Positions 38,711 to 52,260 are shown, counted from the stretch's first letter. The stretch: DNA of 64,000 bases from Octopus vulgaris (GCA_951406725.2 OX597836.1:29822001-29886000); one strand, 5' to 3'. The notes: generated by a model from the letters alone, not told the origin. Made by a program: numbers and translations.

Positions 38711-41709
38711 AACATTACATCAGCTTAGAAAACGAGTATGCAAATGTTTAACCCTATTCAGAAATCAAGAAAAAATTTCTCTTAAACTGGATATTTTTAT
38801 ATTGTTAATGAACTAATTATGAAGCTATTTACAAAAATTTTTACTTCAGGACCTATTCAAAAACAGAGATATGGATGCTAAATGAATGAATAAAAGAAAA
38901 TTGCGTTTGTAAATGTTATTTTAATGTTCACTTTATTTTATCACCCATGGAAGGATGAAAAGCAAGGTCGATATTAATTGAAAGGGAGGTAACTAAATAC
39001 ACCCCGATCCATCACTGTGCCTATTCTGTGAATCCAGGGTCTTTCATAGTAGCTTTAATACAGGTACAACACTGACCTTCTAGAATTTCTGACTTCCTAG
39101 AACTTCTTGTAATCAACATTAATTTACAAGCAGGAACTTCAAATTCTATAGCCACCAGACTAGTCTAACTGGGCAGTTCTGTTTCACAGTATTTTGCACA
39201 GTACAGTAGTAATAACTTGTATTGTTTATACTAACATACATGTACTTGTGTTTTTATTTGATTATATGAGTAAATTTGATATTTGTTTAATTTAGTGGTG
39301 ATCATCATTTGCTTGGAAAAAATTAGTAATTCAGAAAGGCTTTGGAGCCAAATGTTTCAGAATATTGATATTATACATGTATAGAGAGAGCAAATATGAG
39401 GCAGTGGATAAGCAGAAATGTTAGAACGTCAGATGAATTTCTGCTAAGAGACAAAAACACCTAAGCCTACAGACGGTAACAGACTAATATTTCCTGGAAA
39501 CAGAGGTTAGGTCAAGTCAGGTCAATTGGGGCAAGATTTTCATCTGTATTACTTTGTTTTATTCTATTCAATTTATTTTTTTATTTTTTCATGGTTTTAA
39601 CAACTCTGATGGTTTTTTGTATATAGCATAGCTTTTATAGAAAGGTGTCATGCCAACAGTCTAACCATTCAACAGCCAAATTAAATTTTGTGATTATTCC
39701 AGCAACGATGTTGAATATCTAAAAAAAAAAAAAAGTAGAATTGATATTTGTAATCTATTGCAGTTCCTGTTTGTTACCAAATTTATTATACTATGACCAG
39801 CATCTACATCTTACTGTTCCTCATCTTGCCTCAATAAAGCTCGACATATCTCAACAGAAACATAATATTCTTCAACAAAAGATAGGTTGATCTATAAAAC
39901 TGCCTTCTGTAGAAATGAGTTGTGACATCACTGGTGCCAAGCTGTATCAGCCTTTGGCTTTTCCTTTGGATATAACATAAGTGGCATGGAGACGAGAGAC
40001 TAGTATGCATGGGCATCTACTGGTCTTCCGTAAACAACCTTGCAGGGACTTGTGCCTTGGAGGGGAACCTTCTAGGAGCAATCTCATAGTCATTTATGAT
40101 CAAAAGGGGTCTTTAGTTAAGGGTGATGAAATCTTGAGTGGATATATCTGATTTCCACTGTAAAAGGATTACATTTAACTAATGAGGCAGTTGCCATGGG
40201 GTTGCACAAATGCTAGAAACAGCAGCTGAGTTCATTTCAAACTGTGTATTACTATTTTAAGAAGAAACAAAACACAGACGAGATAATACAATGTTGGATA
40301 CATTTAAGTGAAAATAAGGTGAGTTGGTCAGGGCTGGATTACCTCTGATTATAGATCTGCTTAATCGGTGCTGACTTGGAGCTCGATAACAACAACTAGG
40401 AAGTAGATGGAACCTGTTGACAGCCAGGCAGACTGAAGCTAATGTTACATTACAATTACACAGATTGATCTGTGATAATATGGGTTGGCAATCAGTTGAA
40501 GATTCTGCTTGTACCAGAAAAACATATCCTAGCAATCACCTGCACTTCTCAGTTATCCATAACACACTGACTGTCTCTTGTGTTTACAGGGCTGTGCTGT
40601 GAATTTGCATATTTTTTATACGGATTTACATACTCACACTCATCAACATGGGACCAGAGAATAGAAAAATATGAAGGCATCTGATCCTAACAAATGAGGA
40701 AAAGGTAGAGCTGATCAAGAAGATACATGACAGGGGAAGCTTTGCTTGTGTGGGCCACGAGTTTGGTGTCTATAATTTTTTTTCTTTTTCTTTTTTCTAC
40801 TCTAGGCACAAGGCCTGAAATTTTATTGACCCGAAAAAGACAAAAGGTGAAGTTGACTTTAGTGGGATTTGAACTCAGAATGCAAAGAGAAATACTTTTT
40901 GTCTCATGCCCTAAAGATTCTGAATAATAATGAAGAAAAAATTTACTACTCTCCAATCTAGACTCTTAATTATCTCACAAAATTAAATGACAGAATTATA
41001 CACAGAAAAACTGTTAAAACTTAAATTGCTTGCTTTGTTTCAGAATCTGAGCTCTTATAGATGAACCCTATCTGGCCCCTACCTACATCCTCCTCCAGTT
41101 ATCTGACCTACAGTAAATTCCTATCAATAAATACTCTATTGTTATATTTATAAATGAAGCTAAGCTTCTTTGCAGTTGAATAATGAAAATTAAAGTAAAA
41201 ATATACCTTTTTTTGAAAAAAAAACAAACCCTTCAAAAAAATCTTTTCTTTGAAAGATTTATTAACCCTTTGTAAAAATACATTAATTTTTTTAACTGTA
41301 CAAGTCTAAGCATAATACATGAGAGAGCTTTTAATTAAGAAAGAAGGAACATTAAACTTATGACTATAACAAAAGGGAAGTTCCTGCTCCTACTTGGCTT
41401 TATCTAGCTGTCCTCAATGACAATGGAATGGTGAATATTAAGTGTTAAGTGTTGTAGTTTATCTGGGGGAACTGAGTAGAATCCTTGGGTCAGGCAGTCA
41501 ATCCTCTCCCCCACTCTGTCTGTCTGTAATCCAAATAAGAAAACAAGGTGTTTATCACATCTCAATTGACCTGTTACAATTGTTTCTGTACCACCCCAGC
41601 CTTCAATGCCAGTTCATGCAAAAGTTCCATGTGGAGAGTTAAGTAATATTTGCAGTTTGAAATAATAGAGAAGCACTTTGTGGGTCTTGCATCAATGGTA
41701 CACTGTTAA

Positions 41710-41998
41710 TATATACAAATATATGGGAAATTACCACCTGTATCATCTCTTGTGAAAGGTAGAAGAGTCCAGTTTGCTGGACATTGTTGTAGAGCTGAAA
41801 ACGAGGTAATTTCTACTCTTCTCCTCTGGAAGCCATCTGCTCGCGATACCAGAGGGTGCACACTCTCCTACCCTGATGTAATCTCCAGGGATACAGAATC
41901 CAGCAACAGGACCTCTGTAATGCTATGATGGATCGTGAGGTCTGGTGTAACATAGTAAATTCCATTGTCTCGACCACGGTCGAACAATGATGATGATG
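41710..41998 (+). mobile_element. 5'-truncated RTE-type LINE with 10-bp TSD
   Basis: Encodes YGKLPPVSSLVKGRRVQFAGHCCRAENEVISTLLLWKP..., ends in (GAT)n. TSD ACACTGTTAA at 41700-41709 and 41999-42008. Confidence 0.85.
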
Positions 41999-42442
41999 AC
42001 ACTGTTAAAGCTGCAATCAAAGTGTGTAGACAGCCTAAAAATTGGGTTGAGCGCAGAATTGGAAACACCTCGTCATGCTAACCTCCCGGGGACTCATATA
42101 TGTATATATATAAAATGAGAGTGTGTAGCCTAGTGGTTAGGATGTTGCATTCACAATTGTGAGACCATGGTTTCGATTCTCAGTGTTGCATTGTGTTCTT
42201 GAGCAAAGCACTTCACCTCACATTGCTTTGCGATCACTTTGACATCTGAATGTGGCATACTGTGCACCTGCACAGGTAATGTTGATTTGATGGGGGGAAT
42301 GAGCTTGTGTACTGCACAAACATTTGATCACTCTCCACAAGTCAGGTGTGCAAGTTGTTCAGTAAGAAATTAAAGAACTGCCTCGGGCCAACCAAAGCTT
42401 TGTGAGTGGATTTGGTAGACAGAAACTGAAAAGAAGCCCGTC

Positions 42443-42498
<56 letters not shown>

Positions 42499-42880
42499 TT
42501 GTTCCCCCAACATAGCTTGAAAACCGACGCTGGTGTGTTTATGTCCCTGTAACTTAGCGGTTCAGCAAAAGAGACTGATAGAATAAATACTAGGCTTACA
42601 AAGAATAAGACCTGGGGTCGATTTGTTCAGCTAAAACCCTGAAATGAATATAAGACAAAAGGAAAATATTCACTTAATGATTTTAGCCAGCAGAGACCAC
42701 CACAGTTTACCTTGGAATATGGTGTATTATTTGCTGAAATCTAAGACTAAATATGTAATACAGAAATGTAGAGAAATTTTTTTAAAAAATGAAGAAAACT
42801 ATTAAAAATAAAAAAAAACGCTTAGTAAGAAAAAAAAAGTATATATATATATACATATAGTTAGTAATAATTTACGTTAC

Positions 42881-43099
42881 CATTCTGAAATAACCTCTTT
42901 CTTTGATCCATAAAAATCTGGTGTAATTATCTTCTTATAGGCTTCAAATGTGGTTTTACCATTTTGTTCTCTGCTCGGTCTGGAGCTATGTAGATGATGC
43001 GATGACAGACTATTTCTTTTCAAGCTGTTAACAGTTGCCGAAGAAGGTGCTGCCCATGACCGCCTCATAGCCAGCTCCTGTAGACACTCGTCGTCTGTC
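42881..43099 (-). CDS. TJP1: ZO-1-like exon (likely cassette)
   Basis: ttattccag|G ACA GAC GAC... to TCA GAA TG|gtaacg. 219 nt, phase 2-2. Reads TDDECLQELAMRRSWAAPSSATVNSLKRNSLSSHHLHSSRPSREQNGKTTFEAYKKIITPDFYGSKKEVISE. Confidence 0.78.
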
Positions 43100-43927
43100 C
43101 TGGAATAAGATGGCATGCAGTGCAGGCTTTCAAACGTAATCGACAGCAAAACATGCAAACATTCTCACATGCACCGAGCATATGCAACATAGGAAACACA
43201 AAGAGTTTAGACATCAACCCAAAGTAGCATGAGTCAAGCCAGTGGTTCATGCTAGTTGTGGATGTTTACGATATTGTAGAACGACATTAAAATAGATGTT
43301 ACATGCTATGCAAATCATAAGAAAACAGGCAACGGATTTCATTCTCATTATCAGTTCAAGTGTTTCTTGCTTACATTTATTATCAAAGATATCATTAACT
43401 GTTTCTAAATATCACAAAGAGTTCACTGATAAATTTTAAAACTATATGTAATTTATTTTTGAAATATCAGAAAGAAAAATGTCATGCATGCCCTCCACCC
43501 CACCTATACAGATAGAGATACATCAGTGAATTATTTAGGACAGTTCAATATAGAAAGACATAAATATTGAAAAACCACATCACACACAAATAAATATTTG
43601 AAACAATATCACATACTTCTTATTATTTATTGGCTGCAATATTACACAGACACTGCTAAATATCAGGAATAACATCACACAGTCGTACACAAACACACAC
43701 CACATACACAAATACTCAAAACAATATCTCATATACAAATGTAGGAAAAATATTGCACTGGCATGACTGTGTGGGTAAGTAGCTTGCTTCCCAACCATGT
43801 GGTCTTCAGTTCAGTCTCACTACACAGCACCTGGGGCAAGTATTTGTTAGTGACCAACACCTTGTGAATGGATTTGGTAGACAGAAACCAAAAGGTGTGT
43901 ATAAAAATATATATGTATATATACATA

Positions 43928-43968
<41 letters not shown>

Positions 43969-44301
43969 GTATATACATACATATGTATATACATACATAT
44001 ATATATATACATATGTATAAACATACATACATATATATACACATATGTGTAAACATACATGCATAGAGACATATGTATATACATACATACATACATAGAG
44101 ACATATGTATATACATACATAGATAGAAACATATGTATATACATACATACATACATAAAATATATATAAAATTATATATCCGCTATATCAGAAATCTACA
44201 ATGGTTCCATAACTACCACCTTGGAGTTCTGGTAATCTTTTACGACACTTACTCAGTGTATCTAGTCGTTTAGATCACCTATGAACTAAACCCCCATATT
44301 T

Positions 44302-44361
<60 letters not shown>

Positions 44362-44903
44362 ATGGCACACTGTCGGTTACGATGATGGGTGTTCCGGTTG
44401 ATCTGATCAACGGAACAGTCTGCTCATGAAATTAACATGCAAGTGGCTGAGTACTACACAGACACGTATACCCTTAATGTAGTTCTCAGGGAAAATCCCC
44501 ATGACACAGAGTGTGACAAGGCTGGCCCTTTGAATTACAGGAACTACTCATTTTTGCCAGCTAATTAGTGTTAGGGAAAGGATATTAAATTGTTCTTAAA
44601 AGATTTATTTCTAATGAGATACAAAATGTAATGAGAACACTGGTGTAAAGAGAGATAACTCAGACAACAGGAATCATTCCTGGTTAAATGCACCAGTTTT
44701 TATGACATGCTGATATAAACACACACACACACAATGGGCTTCCACATAGTTTCCACCTCTCAGGTATCACTTGCAAGGGTCATAGTGCAGCACAACAGAA
44801 TCAAACCTGGGACTAAGCGGTTGTGAAGAGAACTAGGTACCCACACAGCCAGATCTGTACTTAGGAAACAATATCACACAGGCACACACACACGCATACA
44901 CAC

Positions 44904-45028
44904 TAATGCTTAAAATGATATCCCATACACATTCCGAAATAGACACACAGAGTATCACACTAAAAAATACTGAAAACAATATCACAAACACAAACATATA
45001 TATATATTTACACATCTTCCCTAGAATG

Positions 45029-45100
<72 letters not shown>

Positions 45101-45230
45101 TCATAAATACTAATGCTTGAAATGATATCCCATACACATTCCGAAATAGACACACAGAGTATCACACTAAAAAATACTGAAAACAATATCACAAACACAA
45201 ACATATATATATATTTACACATCTTCCCTA

Positions 45231-45279
<49 letters not shown>

Positions 45280-45409
45280 CATAAATACTAATGCTTGAAA
45301 TGATATCCCATACACATTCTGAAATAGACACACAGAGTATCACACTAAAAAATATTGAAAACAATATCACAAACACAAACACATATACTTACACATCTTC
45401 CCTAGAATG

Positions 45410-45456
<47 letters not shown>

Positions 45457-45472
45457 CACACACACACACACA
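44904..45472. repeat. Triplicated ~180-205-bp unit with variable (TA)n(CA)n
   Basis: taatgctt(a/g)aaatgatatcccatacacattccgaaatagacacacagagtatcacac... starts at 44904, 45111 and 45289. Confidence 0.9.
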
Positions 45473-46274
45473 CCTCTAAAAACAACTCCAAAAGTGTATA
45501 TATCTCACACTCAAAATAATAACAATTTATAAAGGCAATAATATTAATAACTGTAGCAAGTTATGACATTGGATAGCCATGCATTTTTAGCAGAATAAAG
45601 AGCAGGGTGGGAAATGACAATGAAAGCAATTAGAATAAGCTGGAAGACTTTTATAAAAAAAATTAAAAAATCAAAAAAAATCACAGCAAAATTGTAAAAA
45701 GAAATTAATAACAGAGATTTAAAGTAACAAAATTTTATTGTCATAAAAATCTACATAACATTTCCTATGACAAATCAAACATTTTTGAGCAAGTTGGTAT
45801 TAAAAAAAAAAAAAAAAAAAAAATTATCAACTTCCACTCCCTACCAAAACTCATCCAAAAAAGGGTGGTCTGAGGGATAAAAGCCTATTATAATAAAAGT
45901 ATATTCAGTGTAAAGTAATTCTTAATACCTGACTTTTCTTTCTGATTGGAGAAAAAAAAAAATCTCGTCTGATTAATTCAAATGTTCGTTTTTAAGAAAA
46001 TTTTCCAATTATGCAATAACAGGATTATTATCAATATCATTATTATTTGAAACCATTATTATTATTATTATTATTATTATTCGGTGGTCTTATCTTTATT
46101 GTGTGCCTTCACTGCACAACCAAGCATGGCTCTGTGTACCTTGTGCAGTGGTTTGTTTTGATGTTTTTATTTTTACTGTATTGAAAGTGTTCTATGTAGG
46201 CTGCATGTGGTGCCTAGCAGAGCAATTTTCTGTATATTATATACATTCACAAGTCTTTGTGTTTTGCTTATGTA

Positions 46275-46429
46275 TCATTATTATTATTATTGTTGTTGTT
46301 GTTATTCTGGCCTTATGCCAAAATGTGAAATTATTATCATCATTATTATTATTTTAATTATTATCATTATTTTAATCATTGTTATTATTATTATTTTAAT
46401 TATTGTTATTATCATTATTATTTTAATAA

Positions 46430-46461
<32 letters not shown>
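46275..46461. repeat. (ATT)n microsatellite region
   Basis: Imperfect att/atc/gtt trinucleotide run, the source of the poly-Ile ORFs. Confidence 0.9.
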
Positions 46462-46462
<1 letters not shown>

Positions 46463-47345
46463 GCGGTCGAAACCAACAGAATTGTCTAATGAAAAACAGC
46501 AAATAAATTGAGACAATGGAATTTTTAGCGTTAGGGAAAGGATATTAAATTGTTCTTGAAAGATTTATTTCTTGGCTCACTCTAGTTTTGGTCATTGAAC
46601 TGCAGCTGAACTGGAACACTATCTTTAAGAGTTTGTAGTTCATTATATTGACCACATTACTGGCTAGGTTAAGCTGGCAGGCAGGTAGGTCAACACTCCT
46701 CCTGGACAGAACACCCTTCATTGCAGACTTACTCATTTACAACTGAGTGGACTGGAGCAATGTGAAATGAAGTGTTTTGCTCAAAGAACACAATGCATAG
46801 CCAGTCTGAGAATTGAAACCTTGATCGTGTGATCACGAGGAACCATACCCAAACTACTAGGCCACATGCTTTCGCTAATGATAAATATGATATGGTTATC
46901 AAAGCCAACCGTTATATGTTAGCTACTGCCGTCTTTATTAAGTTTCTGCCAGTGAGCTAAGGCAGTGCTGGGACATAGCCATAGCCAGGCATTTACAATG
47001 ATCACATAAAAATACTTTATAGATCAAATGCGAGATAACAAGAGGTTAATTTTAATTAAATGTCTCGTATCTATTTTCAGGTGACTCAGCAGAACTTTTA
47101 CCAAACTGTTTCTAAAACCAGAAATTATTATTATTTATCTATTTATTTATTTATTTGCCAAAAAAAAAATTAAATTATTAAAGAGAAAAGAGGAGGGGAG
47201 GGGACTAACTGTATTAATTTAATTTAATTACTGACTGCCAGTTCTTGACTGATTTTTTAAAGACAAAGACAAGATTTTGTTAGCAAATTATAATTTTCTG
47301 GACAATTCTTCATAGTTTAGAAATAAAGATGCTTAAGTCTGAACT

Positions 47346-47644
47346 CAGTCTGAGGTACCATGTAGGCATCCAGTCTGGGGTACCATGTAGGCATCCAATC
47401 AGGGGTACCATGTAGGTATCCAGTCTGGGGTACCATGTAGGCATCCAGTCTGGGATACCATGTAGGCATCCAGTCTGGGGTACCATGTAGGCATCCAATC
47501 AAAGGTACCATGTAGGTATCCAGTCTGGGGTACCATGTCTATATTCAGTCTGGGGTACCATGTAGGCATCCACTCTGGAGTACCATATAGGCATCCAGTC
47601 TGGGGTACCGTGTAAGCATCCAGTCTGGGGTACCGTGTAGGCAT
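47346..47644. repeat. Minisatellite, 25-bp unit x~12
   Basis: Unit cagtctggggtaccatgtaggcatc, head-to-tail with no spacers. Confidence 0.95.
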
Positions 47645-48744
47645 TGAGAGAAAAGACACATAATGAAGGAAGATCAAACTAATTGAAACAGTACAGATGT
47701 AAATATACACTCTCTAAAGATGGAATATTATCTCATTAGTCATCTTATTAATAGTATTAAAAAAAAAGGTTACTTTCAATTAAAAATCAAATTTAAAGTA
47801 TATAAATTAGCCAAACTAGTATAAGTGATAGTGGTGGTAGTGGTAGTTGTTATAATTATCAATAATATCAACAAGAATAGTAAAAACTTTCATATACTAC
47901 CAAGTGCTACAGTTAATGACAATGAACCAGACTTTCAAATATTGGGATCTATCAAAATCAAAGCCCAGTATAAAAAGTAGTTTGTTGGCAACAAACAAAG
48001 TTTTGAAGAAAAAGGGGTCAGGAAAAAAAAAAAAAAAAAAACTAAAAACCCCAAATATGTACAGGGTCCAGGCACAGTATTCTCTTTCCTTTTTTCTTTT
48101 TCTTTCTGTTTTTTTTTTCTTTTGCTTTATTTGTAATCCTCAGAGCAAACACTAACAATTTATTTCTCCCTTTAAAGAGCAGACGACGTTCGTGAAGGTG
48201 ACAATGAGAATGATATCAATGATGGTAATTGTTTTAAGATGGTTGTAGTAGCAGCGGTAGTGAATCTGATAATGACAGTGATTAAATCATACATTAATGA
48301 ATAAAGTTTTTTTTTTTTTTTTCAAAGTCTGGTTTTTGAAAAAAAAAAAAAAAAAAAAAATGAAATGAAATGAAGCTGTGGTGTTTGATGTGGTTTGAAG
48401 TGATGAAATGGACAAATGAACAACAGCAATGGCAATGGAAACTGTCATAGTTGTAGTATAAGTAGCAGTAGCAACACCGACAGCTACAAACATCATTTTT
48501 CTTCTGTCCATTTTCCCACCTTGGTGATATAGATCAGACAAATCTGCAGATTCAGATAAATATATATGTGTATCTTTTGGTGCCATTTCTTGCACCTGTG
48601 CTTTCTATCCACAAGCATTCATTACCGGTTTGCCCACCTAGGTATTCAGATTAATAACGTAGTGTGATGTCTTTGTTCATAAAATATGACATTACAGAAT
48701 GCAATAGCGATCAGCCGTATCAAGGATAGCAACATATTTTGATT

Positions 48745-48985
48745 GATTTCAATAAGACCATGATAACTTTTTTTTTTTTAAACTCAGATCTCATATCATC
48801 AATAAGACCAGCAGGACAATTAATTACTCAGATCTAACACTAGTAAGACCATAATAATACCATAATAATTATAAACTCAAGATATTGTACCAATAAAACT
48901 ATGACAATTTTGAAACTCAGATCTGACAGGAATAAGAGCACAATCATTTTTAACTCCAATCTAATAGCAATGAGACCAGAACAAT
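48745..48985. repeat. Degenerate minisatellite, ~40-50-bp unit x~6
   Basis: Recurrent aataagacca...aactcagatct. Confidence 0.7.
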
Positions 48986-49824
48986 TTAATTTAAGTCACT
49001 CCTTCTTTTCCCATTATTTGGAGATAAAAATTTATTTTCTCTCCCTGTAGAAAAATATTGCCAAGCTTTGCCACAACTTTACTAAAGACTCAGACTATTT
49101 TTTTTTTTGTCAGTAAAGTTTTCAGAATTTTCAAACAATAGCCCAGACTTACTTTCTCCCTTTTAAACATACATCTTAACCAATTCGTCAAGACCTTAAT
49201 ATTTGAATCAAAACAAGTTTTATACAATCTAAAGGAAGAAAAAAAAAAAAAAAAAGAAAAAGAGGCTAATTGATGAATAATTTCTTTTAAAACAAAGTAT
49301 ATTAATATTATTTTTTAGTAAAAGCTTTCAATGTGAGCAATTTTGTGTTATGGGTTAGTGGTTTTCATGCAGTATTTCTATAAAAAATACTCTTTAGTAG
49401 CAAATATTATCCATATTTTTTTTATTAGTTTTTAAAAATGTTATCTATTATAGCATGCACATGCAAAATAAGGCATAAAAGCTATTTATAAAATTATTAA
49501 TATCCTAAATAGGATTATCACTTTTTGGAAAAGCTTAATAGCAAGACTAAAATTAGAGAATTTCTCTAAAGCTTTCAATGTATGACCATTACTTGAACTT
49601 GTTGGCAATTAATAGATTTATTTGTGTAATTTTTGCCAGGGCATTTGTTGCCAATGGAAAATACTATATATACATGTATGCACACACATGTATATATCAG
49701 TAGGAAAAGCAAATTTTTCTCCATTGATTTTAAAAGTAAATTTCTTTTAAGAAAAACATCAGAGTTAGGAAAAAAAAAACAGTTTAGTATTAACAAAAAC
49801 AAAAAACATAATACTTAAAAAAAA

Positions 49825-50210
49825 CTTAGTAAATTATAACCTATAGCATTATTTTAAAAATAGGTTTTGTTATTGTGTTTAATAAAAATTATAACCAATA
49901 GCATTATTTTAAAAGCCTTCTTTTTTTTGTTTTATCATTGAGTTTAGTAAAAATTAAAACCTACAGCATTATTTTAGAAACATGTAAGTTTTATTATGTT
50001 TAATAAAAATTAAAACCTATAACATTATTTCAGAATTATTTTATTTTATCATTATGTTTAGTAAATTAAAACCTAAGACATTATTTTTAAGATATGTTTT
50101 ATTTTATTGTGTTTAGTAAGTATTAAAACCTATAGCATTATTTTTAGAATCTATTTTATTTTATCATTGCATTTATAAAATATTAAAACCTGAAACATTA
50201 TTTTAAAAGT
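49825..50210. repeat. Degenerate minisatellite, ~56-65-bp unit x~7
   Basis: Recurrent tttagtaaaattaaaacctatagcattatttt. Confidence 0.8.
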
Positions 50211-50424
50211 ATGTATGCAATAAAAAGTGTGCGTGTGTGTGTATGTTTTTTTGCAATGATTAATTAAAATTTTTAAAATCAACTTTGATTTTAGTGTGAA
50301 ATAAAAAAAGAGGTGGAGGATGACAGAAACGAAAGACAAAGAATGAAAGAGAGAAAGAAGATAAAACAAATTTACAATTGATCTCTGAAGGCTCTACATA
50401 GTTATTATAACTTTTCTCAGTAGC

Positions 50425-50685
50425 TGACATCATAAGTCTTACTACAGTGAATATCATAAGTGTTTACAGTGGAGGGATGTGATAAATATCTGCAGTGGAT
50501 ATCATAAGTACCACACTGAATGTCGTAAGTCTCCACTGAGGATGTCACAAATCTCCACGATGGATGTCATAAGTTTCCACAGTGGATGTCTTAAGTCATC
50601 ACAGTGGATGTCGTAAGTCTTTATGAGTGTCATAAGCCTCTCTCTTATAAGTTTCTGCAGTAGATTTTATAAATCTCTACAAAGA
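50425..50685. repeat. Degenerate minisatellite, ~21-22-bp unit x~12
   Basis: Recurrent cagtggatgtcataagtctcca. Confidence 0.8.
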
Positions 50686-50877
50686 GTGTCAGCCTCTTTA
50701 AAATATCAGCACCATGACTAAGCCAGTAGCTATTATTTCCCATCATGGCAAGGTATGGACTTCCCTGAGCCGTTGTTATTTTGTGCAAGGTGTTTTATTA
50801 TTTAAATAGACTGCAAAGTTTATTTATTTGAGTTTCACTGCCTTAGCCAGCAGCAGCTCACATTATATATCTTTGCA

Positions 50878-50969
50878 GTAATTATGCAAGATAATTCTTA
50901 CATAATAGTACTATCCTCACTCAAATTGACAAATGAAGATATTATGTAAGAATTATCTTGCATAACTAC
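50878..50969. repeat. Inverted repeat / hairpin, 26-bp perfect arms, 32-nt loop
   Basis: ttatgcaagataattcttacataata (50882-50907) pairs with tattatgtaagaattatcttgcataa (50940-50965). Confidence 0.9.
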
Positions 50970-51295
50970 TGGAGACATGTGTATTAAATGCTTTCAAAAT
51001 ATCAAAATATCAATATTTGGTTTTATCATTATACTTGTATATATATATAAACATATACTAATGTCATTGTAGAGTTTGTAGAATTCATTATGTTATGGTG
51101 CTGTGGGGAGTGGAGATTTTTTTAACATTTTGGACTCCTGTTTTGTTTGAGACCCATGAAGATAGAGAAAGTGATGATGCTGTGGGTTATGGTAAAGTGG
51201 GTGGATGTAAACAAGTTGCTGAAACAGGTACTGAGGAGATTCAGAACATTGCTCAAATTTCATGTAAGTCATACGACAATATACACCACAATAGT

Positions 51296-51314
51296 TTATT
51301 TTGCTTCTGGATCA
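51296..51314 (-). CDS. Candidate short alternative terminal exon (S-DPEAK*)
   Basis: Long (CT)n polypyrimidine tract, then ctctctggcag|T GAT CCA GAA GCA AAA TAA. Phase 2, compatible with the donor at 52261. Followed by about 4 kb lacking interspersed repeats. Confidence 0.35.
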
Positions 51315-51684
51315 CTGCCAGAGAGATTGTGAATGGGAGAGAGAGAGAGAGAGACAGAGAAGTAATAGCACACATAGTCAAGGTTGTGATGTCAAACGAG
51401 TGTTTGATGTATTTTTTTTCTTTTTGCTGGTAGGTTTTATTTATTTATTTTTGTGTTTTTTATTTTTACTTTTTTTTTTACAATTATTAAAAATTCATAA
51501 TTCATATTCTGGACATATATAATATATATACATTAAAAGGCTAACATTATTTAACTATTAAGATTTGCAATTAAAATTTTAACTAATTTTCTTTAAGCAA
51601 CGTCACATTTATTCTATGTAGCTATCTTAATGGGAAGTATTTGATACTCTACACAACAGTGTGCATCTACCTATATATGTATGC

Positions 51685-51734
<50 letters not shown>

Positions 51735-52260
51735 GTATATATACATACATATATATGTACACACACATATATATATATGACTAAAATATGTACAAATGTT
51801 AAAATAAACTGAAATGAGGCACACAACATTAACGCAAGAATCTTGTTTCGCTATTATACTATCTCTTTATGGAGTCTGTGTATGACTATATATACACTTT
51901 TACATATGTGTATGTGTGTATATATATACACACATACACATATCTATATGTATGTACTTATATATGTATAAAACTATTTTGCTACAAAAGAAAAAAAAAA
52001 TGGATGTATAAATTATCAGCAAGGCTTTTATATATTTAATTATTCAAATTCTGGTGGTTGTTGTCATCATCATCATCATCGTCATTATTATTATTATCAT
52101 TAATATACAAGTAAACAACTCAAGAAATCCAGTCATTAGAATTAATGAGTGATCGTGGTGAGTTTCCACAGAGGTATGGAGTATGGTACATTAGCAAAAT
52201 GGGTGTGCAAGGCAGAAATAATGAGTGCTTCTCACGCACAAACAGTAATATTAATCTCAC

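Noticed and set aside
48287-48595. 102-aa - strand ORF as a ZO-1 exon
   Set aside because: Poor acceptor, wrong phase for that frame, low-complexity content running into poly-T/poly-A tracts, and no recognisable homology.
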